DNA of 64,000 nucleotides from Trypanosoma brucei (lineage: Eukaryota): the NCBI GenBank assembly GCA_000002445.1, contig AL929603.2, forward strand, positions 384,001 through 448,000, given 5' to 3'. The position numbers and the translations under genes were made by a program. Each line of letters opens with the position of its first letter. Positions within the stretch are counted from its first letter, which is position 1. The notes below the pieces were generated by a model that was not told the origin of the DNA, did not search any database, and saw only the letters and a list, made by a program, of their open reading frames with translations. This document shows positions 1 to 10,805 of this stretch, in pieces.

Positions 1-1540
1 TGCTGAAAGCGCAGCATAAACAAATAAAGGTAAAGATAAGGTGAGGTAAAGGAAGTGAAGAAAAAAGGAAAAGTGAGATTGAAGATCTTTTTTTAAAAAA
101 AAAGATTGAGAGGGACACAAGAAGAAAAAAAAAATAGGTTGGAAGGAAGTGAGATACAAACTAAAAAAAGAATGTGTTAATGAATTTTTTAGGGTTGTAA
201 ATTTTTTCTCTTTTTCTTTTCTTTTCTTTATTCTGTTGTTGTTGTTGTTGTTTTCCTGAAAGGAGCTTTGACGAATTTTGAACTCCGATGGGCCAAGCGT
301 AAAAAAAAGGGGGAAGGGGAAATTAAACGTATATTTATGTGTAGTCACTACAATTTTTTCTTTTTCTTTTTTGTCTTCTTTTGCCTTGTTTTTTTTCTCT
401 ATTTCTCATAAATATTCTTCAAAGATTTCTATTCTTCTTCATTTTCATTTTCTTTTGTTGGTTTAAACAAGCGAGAAACCAAAAAAAAATCAACGACTGT
501 TGTTAATATTTTTCCGATTCTCTCTCTCTCTCTCTTTTTTTGTTTTTTTGAAAAGAAAACAAACACTTGTTTCATCTTCAATCTTCCCTTACTTTGTATT
601 TTCTTCATTCAATTGAAAACTGCTCCCCCCCTTCCCCCCTTCATGAACGCTCTGTTGTTATTATATGAAGTGCTTTTTTTCTTTTTTTTTTCCTTGATTT
701 AAAACTTCCTCATGTTTCCCACCCACCTCCTCCAAATTTTAATTTATTATGTTTATTCTGAAATGTTTCGTCCTGCGCTGATTGCTTGAAATGTTTTTGT
801 TTTTGTTTTACTCCCCATATTCTTCAAATGTTCCATTCTTATCCCTTTTCCCTACTGTTTCTTTTTCTTTTTCTTCTTTCTCTCCCTCTCTCTCTCTCTC
901 TTGTATTTGTAATATAACATTGCACATCATATATATTATATATATATGTATAATGTGTGTATGTGTTTCTGTACTTGTTCCTCGTATTAAAATATAACAA
1001 GATACGCTGCAGTACAATTTTTTTTTGGTGAGTGTAAACCAAAAAAAAAAAATAAAATAAAATAAAATAAAAGAAAGGGTGGAGGGAAATAATTATTTAG
1101 CGTGCCTTCCGTTAGCAAAGAAAAGTAATAGGTAGTAGAGACACAAGTACACAGTTCATATAAGCATATAAACATACACGTCACAAAAAGCTCAAAGGGA
1201 AAAGGATTTTTTTTAAAAAAAAAGAGAAAAGAGAAAGGGATTTATATTAAAGGAAAAGGTGAACAACAACAACAACAACAACAAAAAGGCGAAAGGAAAA
1301 GGGATCGGCCCTTCGACTCACGGGACTTGGAGTGGAGATAAAAGGAACTGCGGGATTTACGTATAAAACATTCGTTCCTTTTATTTTTTCCTTTTCCCCT
1401 TCACCCCCTCCTCCTCCTCCTCCTTGTGTATACGAACACAACTGCGAGGAATACTTATGGTTTAGTTGTTATAATTGTTGTCTTCGGTGTCGTTTGTTAT
1501 CATTATTTTTTTTATTGTTAGTTCGTTGTGAGCTTGATTG

Positions 1541-1542
<2 letters not shown>

Positions 1543-1576
<34 letters not shown>
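1543..1576. repeat. (TA)n microsatellite, about 17 units
   Basis: Direct reading: atatatat...atg. Confidence 0.9.
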
Positions 1577-1579
<3 letters not shown>

Positions 1580-1633
1580 CGTATGTGTGTTTCTTGTTTT
1601 TTGTAGCTTTGGACGGTGTTGTACATTTTCCGG

Positions 1634-1675
1634 ATCTTTTTTTCTTTTTTCTTTTTGTTTTGTCCCCTCCCCTCC
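1634..1675 (+). promoter_or_regulatory. Polypyrimidine tract plus AG upstream of the kinase ATG (putative SL trans-splice acceptor signal)
   Basis: Direct reading: tctttttttcttttttctttttgttttgtcccctcccctcc, 35 nt before the ATG. In kinetoplastids, polyY tracts direct trans-splicing and the coupled upstream polyadenylation. Confidence 0.5.
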
Positions 1676-1709
1676 AAAAAAAAAAGAAAAATCGTGTTGG
1701 TGAATTACC

Positions 1710-4700
1710 ATGGTTTCTAAAGAGGAGAATGCGAACATCAAAAAGGGGGAGGAAAGCGACGCATATTTGCAGGAGCGTGGGATAAATAATATTATCGAGA
1801 ACCTTTTGCACGATATCACAAAATGTAGACCGGATGATCACTTGGAGTTTATGAAAGAGTGGTTGGCGACTCGAGAAACTGGAAAAAAAGAATTTTCTGA
1901 TGGGAATGAAGCGAAGCAGATGATCGAATCACCACTTGAACGCGAGGCGACAGTTGGGGAAACGAGTGAATTCATTTCGGAAACAGTTCCCGAATTTGCC
2001 TTTTTCCAACCCGTGAAGAAACCATCAACGGTGTCGTGGGCGCTGGGTGCACGCGGTGTTGACAGCAGTCGTGCATTATTTACCTCCTCCAGAAAATCTC
2101 CGCAACCAATCGACTCGGTTAACACCACATCATCATCTTCAGGCAGCTCGGCACTTCAAAACAATTTAAGTGTTGCTGCTCAAGGCGTTTCAATGTGGGT
2201 CCCTTCCGCTGCTCCTCTTAAGGCATCGCCAGCAATTCCATCCAATCCATTACCTTTATCACCCACAACATCAGAAGGGCTCGTGAGTTGTGGAGAGCTG
2301 CCGTCGTCAGTGAAAAAAATAATAGAAGGAGTGCGGGGACTGTCGCCAGCCGACCACACAGCAGTAATAGCGTTTATTGACGGTTTGGCTAACAGAGCAG
2401 CAACCACACGATTAGGAAGGAGAAAGTTGTCAAATACGCGGGGATCATTCGGGGTTAATTTCAACGTTGATAGTTGTGGTCCCACCATGAGCGAGGGAGC
2501 CGTGCCACCATGTATTAGTTTGTTAGTGGATGATGACGGTAATGTGGGAGGGGAACGTAAACTCTCTTCGGTTCAATTACAACAATTAGTTGGCGATGCC
2601 TTAACAACAAGCATGATTGCAACTGGGGAAATATTCATGGAGGAGGAAAGAGCGGGTCAGTTGTCGGCCTCCACCACCCAAGGGGCGAGCACATTAGGAA
2701 GGAGGGTGAAAAAAGGAAGTAACTTGCAATTGGCACGTTTTACCGATTGTTTTTCCATGAGTGATCAGATTCTTCCTGGTTCGAACGGCGGCGTCGGCAG
2801 CGGCTCGGGTCCCAATGACGGAGCAACGGATTTGTCGCAAATGTTTTCGAGTGTTGATGAGTTTGCTGCCGTTCCAGTTAGTTTTATTCAACAATATATG
2901 CAACACAGTCGGCTCTCCTCAACCGTTAGTAGGGTTGATAGCGAGTACTCTTCGGGGGCGACCGTCAGCAGTGAGGATGAGGTAAGTGTGTTGCGTAAAG
3001 CTTTTCGGGCATGTAAGCGCTTCTCCGACTATAGCGAAACAGAAATAGAGGTACTCGCTCGTAATGCGCAAAGGTTGGAACTGCTTGCTGGTCACACATG
3101 TAACTTCAAGGACTCCATTTTCTACGTGCATAGTGGTTTGCTCCGCGTAGAGAACAATGAAGGTGTTCTTCGTGAACTTCCGGCAGGAACCTTCCTTGAT
3201 GCTCAATCCTGCGAGCAGCTTAATGATGCTAGGGAGCCGCTCGAGGTGCGTGCAGTATCTGATGCACTAGTTTTGATGTTGAAGGACGAGGCATTGGGAA
3301 CCATTCAGGAGAACGAAAAAAAACTGAAAAAACGGATGTTCGTAAGATGCCTGCAGAAGTCACCGCTTTTTGCAACAGTCCCGCTGAAACTTCTGAAAAA
3401 CATAGCCAATTATATGCATGTGCGAACGGTGGTCCAGGGAAAGGTATTGTTACGGAAAGGAGAGCATGTGGATTGGCTTTCAGTAGTTATCAGTGGCACG
3501 GTTAGTAGAGTAGTAGCCGGTGGCAATGGGAATCATGAAGTATTGCCGCAGAATAAGCAGAAAGGTGGCCCATCATCCTGTGCTGCTCCGTACATTTTAC
3601 CACCCGAATCCCAGAGCGGATTTGAGTTTGGTGAGCTTGAACTTCTGTTTAACTCGCCGATGCTTACGGATGTTGTTGCAACGACACCGGTAACTCTGGC
3701 ACGAGTTTGCACAGCATTTGTACACTCACTGCTACCCCACCAAATAATCAACGATATGAAATACGCTGTTGCTACCAATCCATCAGCTGGACCTCTTTTG
3801 ACCATAGCACCGGATGCAGTTCGTCACTCAGTTAAGATGTTTATGGAGCATTACTGTCAGTCAAAACGGTTGGGTGGAAGCCGACTGCGCAAAAGAATTA
3901 GTGTTAGCTCAACCGGGACAAATTCTACAAGAGGATTTGCAGATAGCGTCAGATGTGGAGTACTCGCATCCGGAGCCAAAGCGAGTGGCGGAGCAAACAA
4001 TCTCAAAGTGAGTTCGGCGGGAGAGATTGTGTATGCTGGAAAATGTAATTATTACCGCTTTCCTATAGCTGCTCTTGGGTTGGGGAACACAGTAGTGGTT
4101 GCCGTTGTATCGGATGGTACAATTATCCGCTGGAATGATAGCGCCGAGCGCATCACGGGGTTTTCGAGGCAGCAAGTGCTTGGGCACAGCGTCTTCTCTT
4201 CACTCACTACCGATTCTGCCCGGCGCTCCATGCGTGAGCAGTTGAAACTCGTGCGAAACGTTGCTGGGAACTGGAACCAGTACGTCAGTGCGGGTCTTTC
4301 TTCTCCACAAGTGTATCGTTTTCGTCAGGCGTCTGGAACACACTCCGTTGGGTTACTTTTGAGTGTTATTCCTTCTTCTGCGGGGTCCAATGAAGATGTT
4401 TTGTTACTTGTCGGGCGTGAAGCGGATAACAATGCCATGACAAGTTACGTTGAGGATACCACCCGGTGGTTGAATGACGTTCTGCGGCCGCAGCTGTCGG
4501 CGTTCCGTAAACGTGTGTGTGAATATGAAGAAAGGAAGTGGAATATTACTTTGGAGGAAGGCGCAAAGCTTCATGGCTATGTGGAGGCGTGTAACCAACT
4601 TATGGACCGTTACATGCGCCTTGCTAACCTAAACAAACATTCAGTAGATGCTCTGTGGAAACCGGTGCGGATGCAAAATGTGTTACGACAGTTTCTGCAG

Positions 4701-6938
4701 GAGGTGACACCTCATGTACAGCGGGCTGGGAACAAGCTTACCACAGACGTTGTGGCAGGGCCCAAGGGCGAGGTATTTCTTCATGTGGAATACGTGCTGG
4801 ATGTACTGCGTGGAATGGTACTTGATGCTAACAAGAATAGACCCAACTATCATATGCATATCGTTGTTGAGGCTGTTTTGCCCACCACTATGCATCAGGA
4901 TAGTACAACAATGCCCTGCCAGGGTGAAAAGTCCACTTCCTGTGACTTGGCATTTCACTCCGTCTTGGATCAATCGCGAGTGAGTCTCGACACACCCCAC
5001 TGCACAACATCGCAAATAACCGCGAGTGAAGACAGCATTCGACAACGCTCTGCTCACTCTCCCCGGCAATTAAGTAAATGGCCCTCATATATGCAGCTTA
5101 TTCGGTTTATATTTACGATTAGCGAAAGTGAGTCCGGCCTTTCGATGGCGAATGATAACACCAGTGGTGGGGCAGCTACCACCCCAAGTGGTGAAGTCCC
5201 GCGTAGCAGCAAAATTCATCATAGTTTTTATGCAGGAAAGGAATGTGGAGACCTTGTTGCTGCGATGGGAGGTGAGGTTTTTTCCGAGCAACGTGGAATG
5301 AACGGTTCGGGTCATTGTGTTACGGTAGAACTACCGCTATTACCGACGCCTTGGGAAGAGGAGGACGACGAAGATGAGGCACCTACATCTTCTACTACAG
5401 GACCGCCATTTGCTGTTATTCTTGCTGACAAGAATGAGAAGGAGCGCAACAGTGTCTGTAAATTGTTGTGGGCACGTCGGCACCCTGTTTTTTCTGTATC
5501 GTCATTGTCGGAAGTGATGATGAGGATTGAAAGCCCGGACATTGGTCTTCTCATTATAGATCCGTGTCATTTAGATATGACAGAGGGGGAAAGCAAGACA
5601 TTTGCCAAAGCTCCCTACCCATTCAACATGGAACATGGGGGAAATCATTTCGTTGTCCTTATTTACACCGAAGACTTCGACGACTGGAGGGTGCAAAAAA
5701 TGAAGAAGTGCAGTCACGTGATTGAGTTGCCCAAGCCAGCAACTACTTCACTGCTTCACTCCACTTTGTATGAAGCGGAGCGTATGGTTATTCGTGTGCG
5801 AGAGTACGAGGAGCGTGTGGCTCAAATGAGGTCTGCCTTTCGTGAGTTCCAAGCTGAGAGGTATGAAATGGGTAAAGTATTGGGCAGAGGATCGTATGGT
5901 GAGGTTTATGAAGTCGTTGATCGACTCACAGGTGGAAAGTTAGCCGTAAAGCGCATGACTCTTAGCGATGGTTTATTGGCTGCAGATGTTGCTGAGGAAT
6001 TTCTGTCTGTGACATCTATGCGGCATAAAAACATGATTCATTACTTCTATTGTGAGCAAGAGAGTGAGACAGTGCTGCGGTTATATATGGAGTTGGCATC
6101 TGGTGGGACTCTTAAAGATAAGATCCGTCAACATGGTGGACCGCTTCCGCTCCCAACTGTTGTGCAATACCTTGAGGATCTTTGTGACGGACTCGCTTAT
6201 ATCCACTCCAATTTGTTCGTGCATGGGGATATTAAAACTGCGAATGCGCTAGTTGATCAATATGGTCGTGTTAAAATTGGTGATTTTGGTACCGCAAAGC
6301 GTCTCAAACGAAAATCGGAAAAACTTTACAAATTTGTCGGAACCCCGCGTTTTATGGCACCCGAGCTCATTAACGCGGACGCCACACAGGGACATGGCTA
6401 CGATCAAAAGGGAGATATTTGGTCACTTGGATGTGTTGCTTTGGAGTTAGCGACGGGGAAACCACCATTTTGGCATATTGAAGAGGCACAAGGTATAGGT
6501 ATATTCAACTTCCTGATTAATTTGAAGGAAACACCAGATTTGTCGATAATCGAACATAGCGATCCTGACTTTTATGCATTTGTGAGGAGGTGCCTCCATG
6601 TTGATCCCAAGGAGCGACCAACAGCGCAGGAGTTATTGACAAGTAATCTCTTTCAGCGTGCGGGGACGAGTGTGAGGGATATGAGGTTGGCGCAGCAAAT
6701 ACAAGCTGCAACGAAGTTACATGAATATGCGGCGCTTAAGGAAGACAATAGTGACGATGAGAATGACGATGACGATGACGATGAAGATGATGATGATGAC
6801 GATATGTTCGTGGAGTGTGATTTTCCGTTAGTGTTCTCTGGAGTTGGCACATTTCCAAATGGCGACCAAAATGTTGCGACGAGTAACCGTGGCAATATTG
6901 ATAACGAAAAGAAAGGAACTGCAAAATTGAGTGGGTGA
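1710..6938 (+). CDS. Multidomain Ser/Thr protein kinase: RIIa-like N-terminus, two cNMP-binding-like domains, PAS domain, receiver(CheY)-like segment, C-terminal STE/MAP3K-like kinase domain, poly-Asp/Glu tail
   Basis: 1742-aa ORF starting at an ATG. The N-terminal YLQERGINNIIENLL...HLEFMKEWL resembles the RIIa docking/dimerisation motif. The cNMP-binding signature FGELELLFNSPMLTDVVATT is present, and a second cNMP-like block lies upstream. PAS-like segment: TIIRWNDSAERITGFSRQQVLGHSVF. Receiver-like segment: FAVILADKNE...IGLLIIDPCHLDMTEG...VVLIYTED. Kinase motifs: LGRGSYGEVYEV, AVKRM, HGDIKTANALV, DFG, GTPRFMAPE, DIWSLGCV. Acidic C-terminal tail: DDENDDDDDDEDDDDDD. Confidence 0.85.
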   Translation: MVSKEENANIKKGEESDAYLQERGINNIIENLLHDITKCRPDDHLEFMKEWLATRETGKKEFSDGNEAKQMIESPLEREATVGETSEFISETVPEFAFFQPVKKPSTVSWALGARGVDSSRALFTSSRKSPQPIDSVNTTSSSSGSSALQNNLSVAAQGVSMWVPSAAPLKASPAIPSNPLPLSPTTSEGLVSCGELPSSVKKIIEGVRGLSPADHTAVIAFIDGLANRAATTRLGRRKLSNTRGSFGVNFNVDSCGPTMSEGAVPPCISLLVDDDGNVGGERKLSSVQLQQLVGDALTTSMIATGEIFMEEERAGQLSASTTQGASTLGRRVKKGSNLQLARFTDCFSMSDQILPGSNGGVGSGSGPNDGATDLSQMFSSVDEFAAVPVSFIQQYMQHSRLSSTVSRVDSEYSSGATVSSEDEVSVLRKAFRACKRFSDYSETEIEVLARNAQRLELLAGHTCNFKDSIFYVHSGLLRVENNEGVLRELPAGTFLDAQSCEQLNDAREPLEVRAVSDALVLMLKDEALGTIQENEKKLKKRMFVRCLQKSPLFATVPLKLLKNIANYMHVRTVVQGKVLLRKGEHVDWLSVVISGTVSRVVAGGNGNHEVLPQNKQKGGPSSCAAPYILPPESQSGFEFGELELLFNSPMLTDVVATTPVTLARVCTAFVHSLLPHQIINDMKYAVATNPSAGPLLTIAPDAVRHSVKMFMEHYCQSKRLGGSRLRKRISVSSTGTNSTRGFADSVRCGVLASGAKASGGANNLKVSSAGEIVYAGKCNYYRFPIAALGLGNTVVVAVVSDGTIIRWNDSAERITGFSRQQVLGHSVFSSLTTDSARRSMREQLKLVRNVAGNWNQYVSAGLSSPQVYRFRQASGTHSVGLLLSVIPSSAGSNEDVLLLVGREADNNAMTSYVEDTTRWLNDVLRPQLSAFRKRVCEYEERKWNITLEEGAKLHGYVEACNQLMDRYMRLANLNKHSVDALWKPVRMQNVLRQFLQEVTPHVQRAGNKLTTDVVAGPKGEVFLHVEYVLDVLRGMVLDANKNRPNYHMHIVVEAVLPTTMHQDSTTMPCQGEKSTSCDLAFHSVLDQSRVSLDTPHCTTSQITASEDSIRQRSAHSPRQLSKWPSYMQLIRFIFTISESESGLSMANDNTSGGAATTPSGEVPRSSKIHHSFYAGKECGDLVAAMGGEVFSEQRGMNGSGHCVTVELPLLPTPWEEEDDEDEAPTSSTTGPPFAVILADKNEKERNSVCKLLWARRHPVFSVSSLSEVMMRIESPDIGLLIIDPCHLDMTEGESKTFAKAPYPFNMEHGGNHFVVLIYTEDFDDWRVQKMKKCSHVIELPKPATTSLLHSTLYEAERMVIRVREYEERVAQMRSAFREFQAERYEMGKVLGRGSYGEVYEVVDRLTGGKLAVKRMTLSDGLLAADVAEEFLSVTSMRHKNMIHYFYCEQESETVLRLYMELASGGTLKDKIRQHGGPLPLPTVVQYLEDLCDGLAYIHSNLFVHGDIKTANALVDQYGRVKIGDFGTAKRLKRKSEKLYKFVGTPRFMAPELINADATQGHGYDQKGDIWSLGCVALELATGKPPFWHIEEAQGIGIFNFLINLKETPDLSIIEHSDPDFYAFVRRCLHVDPKERPTAQELLTSNLFQRAGTSVRDMRLAQQIQAATKLHEYAALKEDNSDDENDDDDDDEDDDDDDMFVECDFPLVFSGVGTFPNGDQNVATSNRGNIDNEKKGTAKLSG

Positions 6939-6974
6939 AATGGACGATATCGTATGACTTGGTGTACATAAATA

Positions 6975-6980
<6 letters not shown>

Positions 6981-7006
<26 letters not shown>

Positions 7007-7030
7007 GCGTGTGTGTGTTTGTGTCGTTTC
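6981..7030. repeat. Compound (TA)13-(GT)n microsatellite just downstream of the kinase stop codon
   Basis: Direct reading: atatatatatatatatatatatatatgcgtgtgtgtgtttgtgtcg. Confidence 0.9.
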
Positions 7031-7370
7031 TGTCTTTAGGGGTCCCGCAATGAACGAGGGAAATTTTAGCAACATGTCCTCATGTTTTTTTTTATTATTT
7101 GACTCTGATAATTGTGAAAAGATGCAACCGCGGAAGCGGCGCAACTTGTGCTTTACTTTTTTTAATTCTCCCCTCCTTTGTCTTTCCTCAATTTTTTTTG
7201 TTTATTTATTTAATAACTTATTTACTTGTTTGGGCTTTTATGCAGGGCAATGGTGGAGCAAACATTGAATAAAAAGTAATTGTTAATTAGTCAAATGAGG
7301 CACGCGTATGTACATTTGTGTTTTTATATATTATGAAGGAGTAATATGTTGCTTAGAGAGAAAAAAAAAA

Positions 7371-7388
7371 AGAGAGAGAGAGAGAGAG
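7371..7388. repeat. (GA)9 microsatellite preceded by A11
   Basis: Direct reading: aaaaaaaaaaagagagagagagagagagg. Confidence 0.85.
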
Positions 7389-8423
7389 GCCTCTTACATG
7401 CAGGTTCCAAGCAAATTAAAAAGATTTTCCACATATGAAAAAAGAAAAAAGAAAAAAGAAAGAAAGGAGAAAACTTCGCAGTTATGCGTAGGTGGTATAA
7501 TTTATTTACGTGAGTGCGTGGGGAAAGCGGAGGGGGGGGAAGGGAAAATAATAAAAAGAATGAAGTTTTTTTTTTAGCTTTTGTCTTTTTTCCCCCGTTA
7601 TCGTTTAGTTATTTACGGGATTGAGCGATTACATTTTCCTAGTTGCGCTCGCTTACACAAATAAATGAAGGGATGTAAAACAAAACAAAACAAAAAAGGA
7701 AAAATAATAACAAAAAAATAGAATAGTAGAGGAAGTCAAACATGTGGTGGATGGTTATGCGGTGTCTTTTTGTTTTTAATTTTTACCTACACGGTGGTTA
7801 TTATAAGTTTTTTCGTTTGCTTTGTTGAACCCCATGTGAAATGATCGCAACATGCGGGCGTAATATATAAATACATAAATATAAATAAAAAATAAATGAA
7901 AAAAAATGGTTTTGGAGTGTTTGCGTTTATATATAAAATGCGGATATCATATTGTCCGGAAACACAGAACTTTCTTTTATATATATATATATATCTTTTT
8001 TTTTTGTAAAGAAAAAAAATTGTATGGGAGCTAAAAGGAGAAGGTTGACCCCGTGAGATCGCGTTATTTTAAACATAAATGAGCGAAACCGGAATGAAAG
8101 AAACATGTGTAACAATAAATTATAATGAGCGGAGCTGAACACATCCAAAAGTCCTTTTTTTTAAAAAAAAGGGAGGGAAGAAGAGTAAATAAATAAAATT
8201 ATTTATTTATATAAAAAAATGTAAACATGTAAATAGATAGGAATAAAAGAGCGAAAAGGGAAGAATTAAGAGAAGACAGAACAGAACACATTTCGGGTTG
8301 TATATATTTTTTAGACGTGAGTTTCGCACCTTTGAAAGGTATTTTTAAATAGGAAATTGCTTTGTTTGTTTGTTTGTATGTTTTTTTTCTTTTTTTTAAT
8401 ACCCCCCTTTGAAAGAAACATAA

Positions 8424-8425
<2 letters not shown>

Positions 8426-8466
<41 letters not shown>
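8426..8466. repeat. (TA)n microsatellite, about 20 units
   Basis: Direct reading: atatatatatatatatatatatatatatatatatatatatatac. Confidence 0.9.
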
Positions 8467-8469
<3 letters not shown>

Positions 8470-10805
8470 GAAGAAGGAGAAGTTATATAGGTGAAAAATG
8501 TTATGAATTTATGTGCGGATATTTGGAAGAAAAAAAAAGAAAGAGCTGGGAACGAGCGAAAGCAATGCCCCCAAACGGTAACTTATAAAAGAAAGAAGAT
8601 GATTAACAACAAAAGAAAAAAACTGTAAGGGGGGGGGGTAAAGGCGAAATAGAATGGAAAAAGGAAAGGTGAAGAGAGGGGGGGGAAGTTATAATATCAT
8701 TTTTTTTTTTTGAAAAAAATTAAAACTGAAAAAGCATTAAGAAAAAAAAATCCTCTTTACGCACAGAGCGTACGTTTCTTTCCCTTTTTTTTATAAGAAA
8801 AAAAACTTATTTCCTCATTCCTTTTTTTTTTCTCTCTTCCGTTTCGTTTCACTGCCTTCTGTTTTCTGGGCTGAGGATTTGTAGTTGATTGCGACATGTA
8901 AATGAATATACATAACATACGCATACTAATGTAAATGTACGAATTTTAAAAAAATTATAATTTATCATTATTACATAACTAAGCACATGCTTAAATAAGA
9001 AATTTACGGGAGAAGAGTAATAAATGATGAGTTGATGAACCTCAAAAGAAAAATCAAATAAAATAAAGGGGCAGCGGTACGGTGATGTTTTTGCTAAATG
9101 CACTTATAAATAAAAATTTATATTCTTATTTACACTCATGTTTCCAGTTTTAGGCACTTATTTATGAACCTATGTATTTTTTGTTAGGTTTATTCATTCA
9201 CTTATCGAGTTACTAATTTCATTTTCATCATGATCATGACAATAACGGTTTTTAGGTGAATTTTTAAGATTATTTTTGTCGTTGCATATTTCGTTTGGAT
9301 TTTTTTTTACCGTTTTCCACTTTTTTCGCTTGTTTGTTTGTTGCTGTTCCTTTCGACTTTCTTACATTTGAGCAATTCATTAGAAAAAAAAAGGAAAATG
9401 GATCACTGTGGATTGCCAACCAGTGGGATGGGATTGCTACATAACTTTGCCCATTACTCCTTTCTTTTTCTTTTTTTTTTAACTCACTCCCTCCTTTCAT
9501 TTCCGCTCCAATTGTAATTACAACTGCGGTTCAGTACTTTTACTATTATTATTATTATTATTGCCTTTGAAGTTATACGTTCCAGTTTTTATACATGTAT
9601 TTATACTCAATACCTCCTTTTTTCCTTTTTTTTCTTTTGTGTGCGTGTTTTAGTTGTGCTAACTGTTATTAGTTGTGTCTCTTTCTTCTTGTCCTTTATT
9701 ACAACTGCTTCATCTTTTTCTCTTTTTGGCTTTCTCTCTCTCTCTTTCTCTTTCTTTCTTTGTTTTTGCCTCTTTAATTAGTTTTCTTTGTGTGTTAATG
9801 TTAGGTCTAGTCTATTATTATTATGTCATCTTATTAGTGCTGGTGCTATAAGTAACTGAGGATTCCTCACTTCATTTTCTCGCACTCATTCCATTTACCA
9901 CAGTTTTTAAACACACATGTTAATATTTACACACACACCTACAGAAGGAAAAGGAAGGAATAGGAAGGAAAGAGAGAAATGAAGGGGAAATTTGCACCCC
10001 GTAGCGATGCATATGTGAAATAATCGCATCATTAAAAATACAATAATAATAATTATTATTATTATTTTCACTATGAGGTATAAAAAATGCAGGATTACCG
10101 CTGTTGTTGTTTTACCTTTCTCAGGGGGTTTGTGCACTCGTCACTGCATTTATGAGTTGTAGTCCCATAAACCTCTTGTGAAGAGGTAATGCGACAGGAA
10201 CTAAGGGATACGAAAGAAATATTATCGATAGTGATGTTAATATTACTGTTATTACCCTTAAGTATATTTATTTATTTATTTAAAAAAAAGAAATGGTGAA
10301 CAAATGGCGGAAACTATTGAATAAGTTGTGATGTGCGGGATATTTGCTACTTAATTGTCTTTTATTTTCTAGTTGCATTGTCGTTACATTCCACGCATGG
10401 TTAAAAGGGCTCGGCAAATCTTCATATATATATATATATCATTCTGTCTTATGTGTTTCCCTTTTTTTCTTTTAATATTTTTGTGTCATAGTTTATTTTT
10501 TTTTCCCGTGCTTGTCTCCCTATTTTCATTTTTTTTTGTTTTGGTTCTGAGCGCACGTGGTGGTAGTTGAATGTTTTGTGTTCTTTCGAACTTTGTTGGG
10601 CCCTTCTTTCATTTCTTTGTAACTTCTTTTTTCTCAAAAAAAAAAATGTATGCATAATAATATAATACCCTGTGCTGAAGTGTAAGTAGGTTGCAACGAT
10701 TCACATGTTTCGACGTAGGAGAGCATTTCCACTCTTTTTTTTTCTCTCTTTTGCATATATAATTAACGGGATCACTCAAGGCTTTGCGTGAGAAGGTTAT
10801 TGAGA

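Noticed and set aside
6653-7144. 163-aa minus-strand ORF overlapping the kinase gene end and a microsatellite
   Set aside because: It translates (TA)n and poly-Ser low-complexity sequence (IYIYIYIY, SSSSSSSS) and lies antisense to a strongly supported gene.
6939-10805. tRNA or snoRNA genes in long spacers
   Set aside because: I could not find a convincing T-loop (GGTTCGAATCC-like) with matching acceptor stem. I also found no clear C/D box pairs by eye. This is left as an open possibility only.
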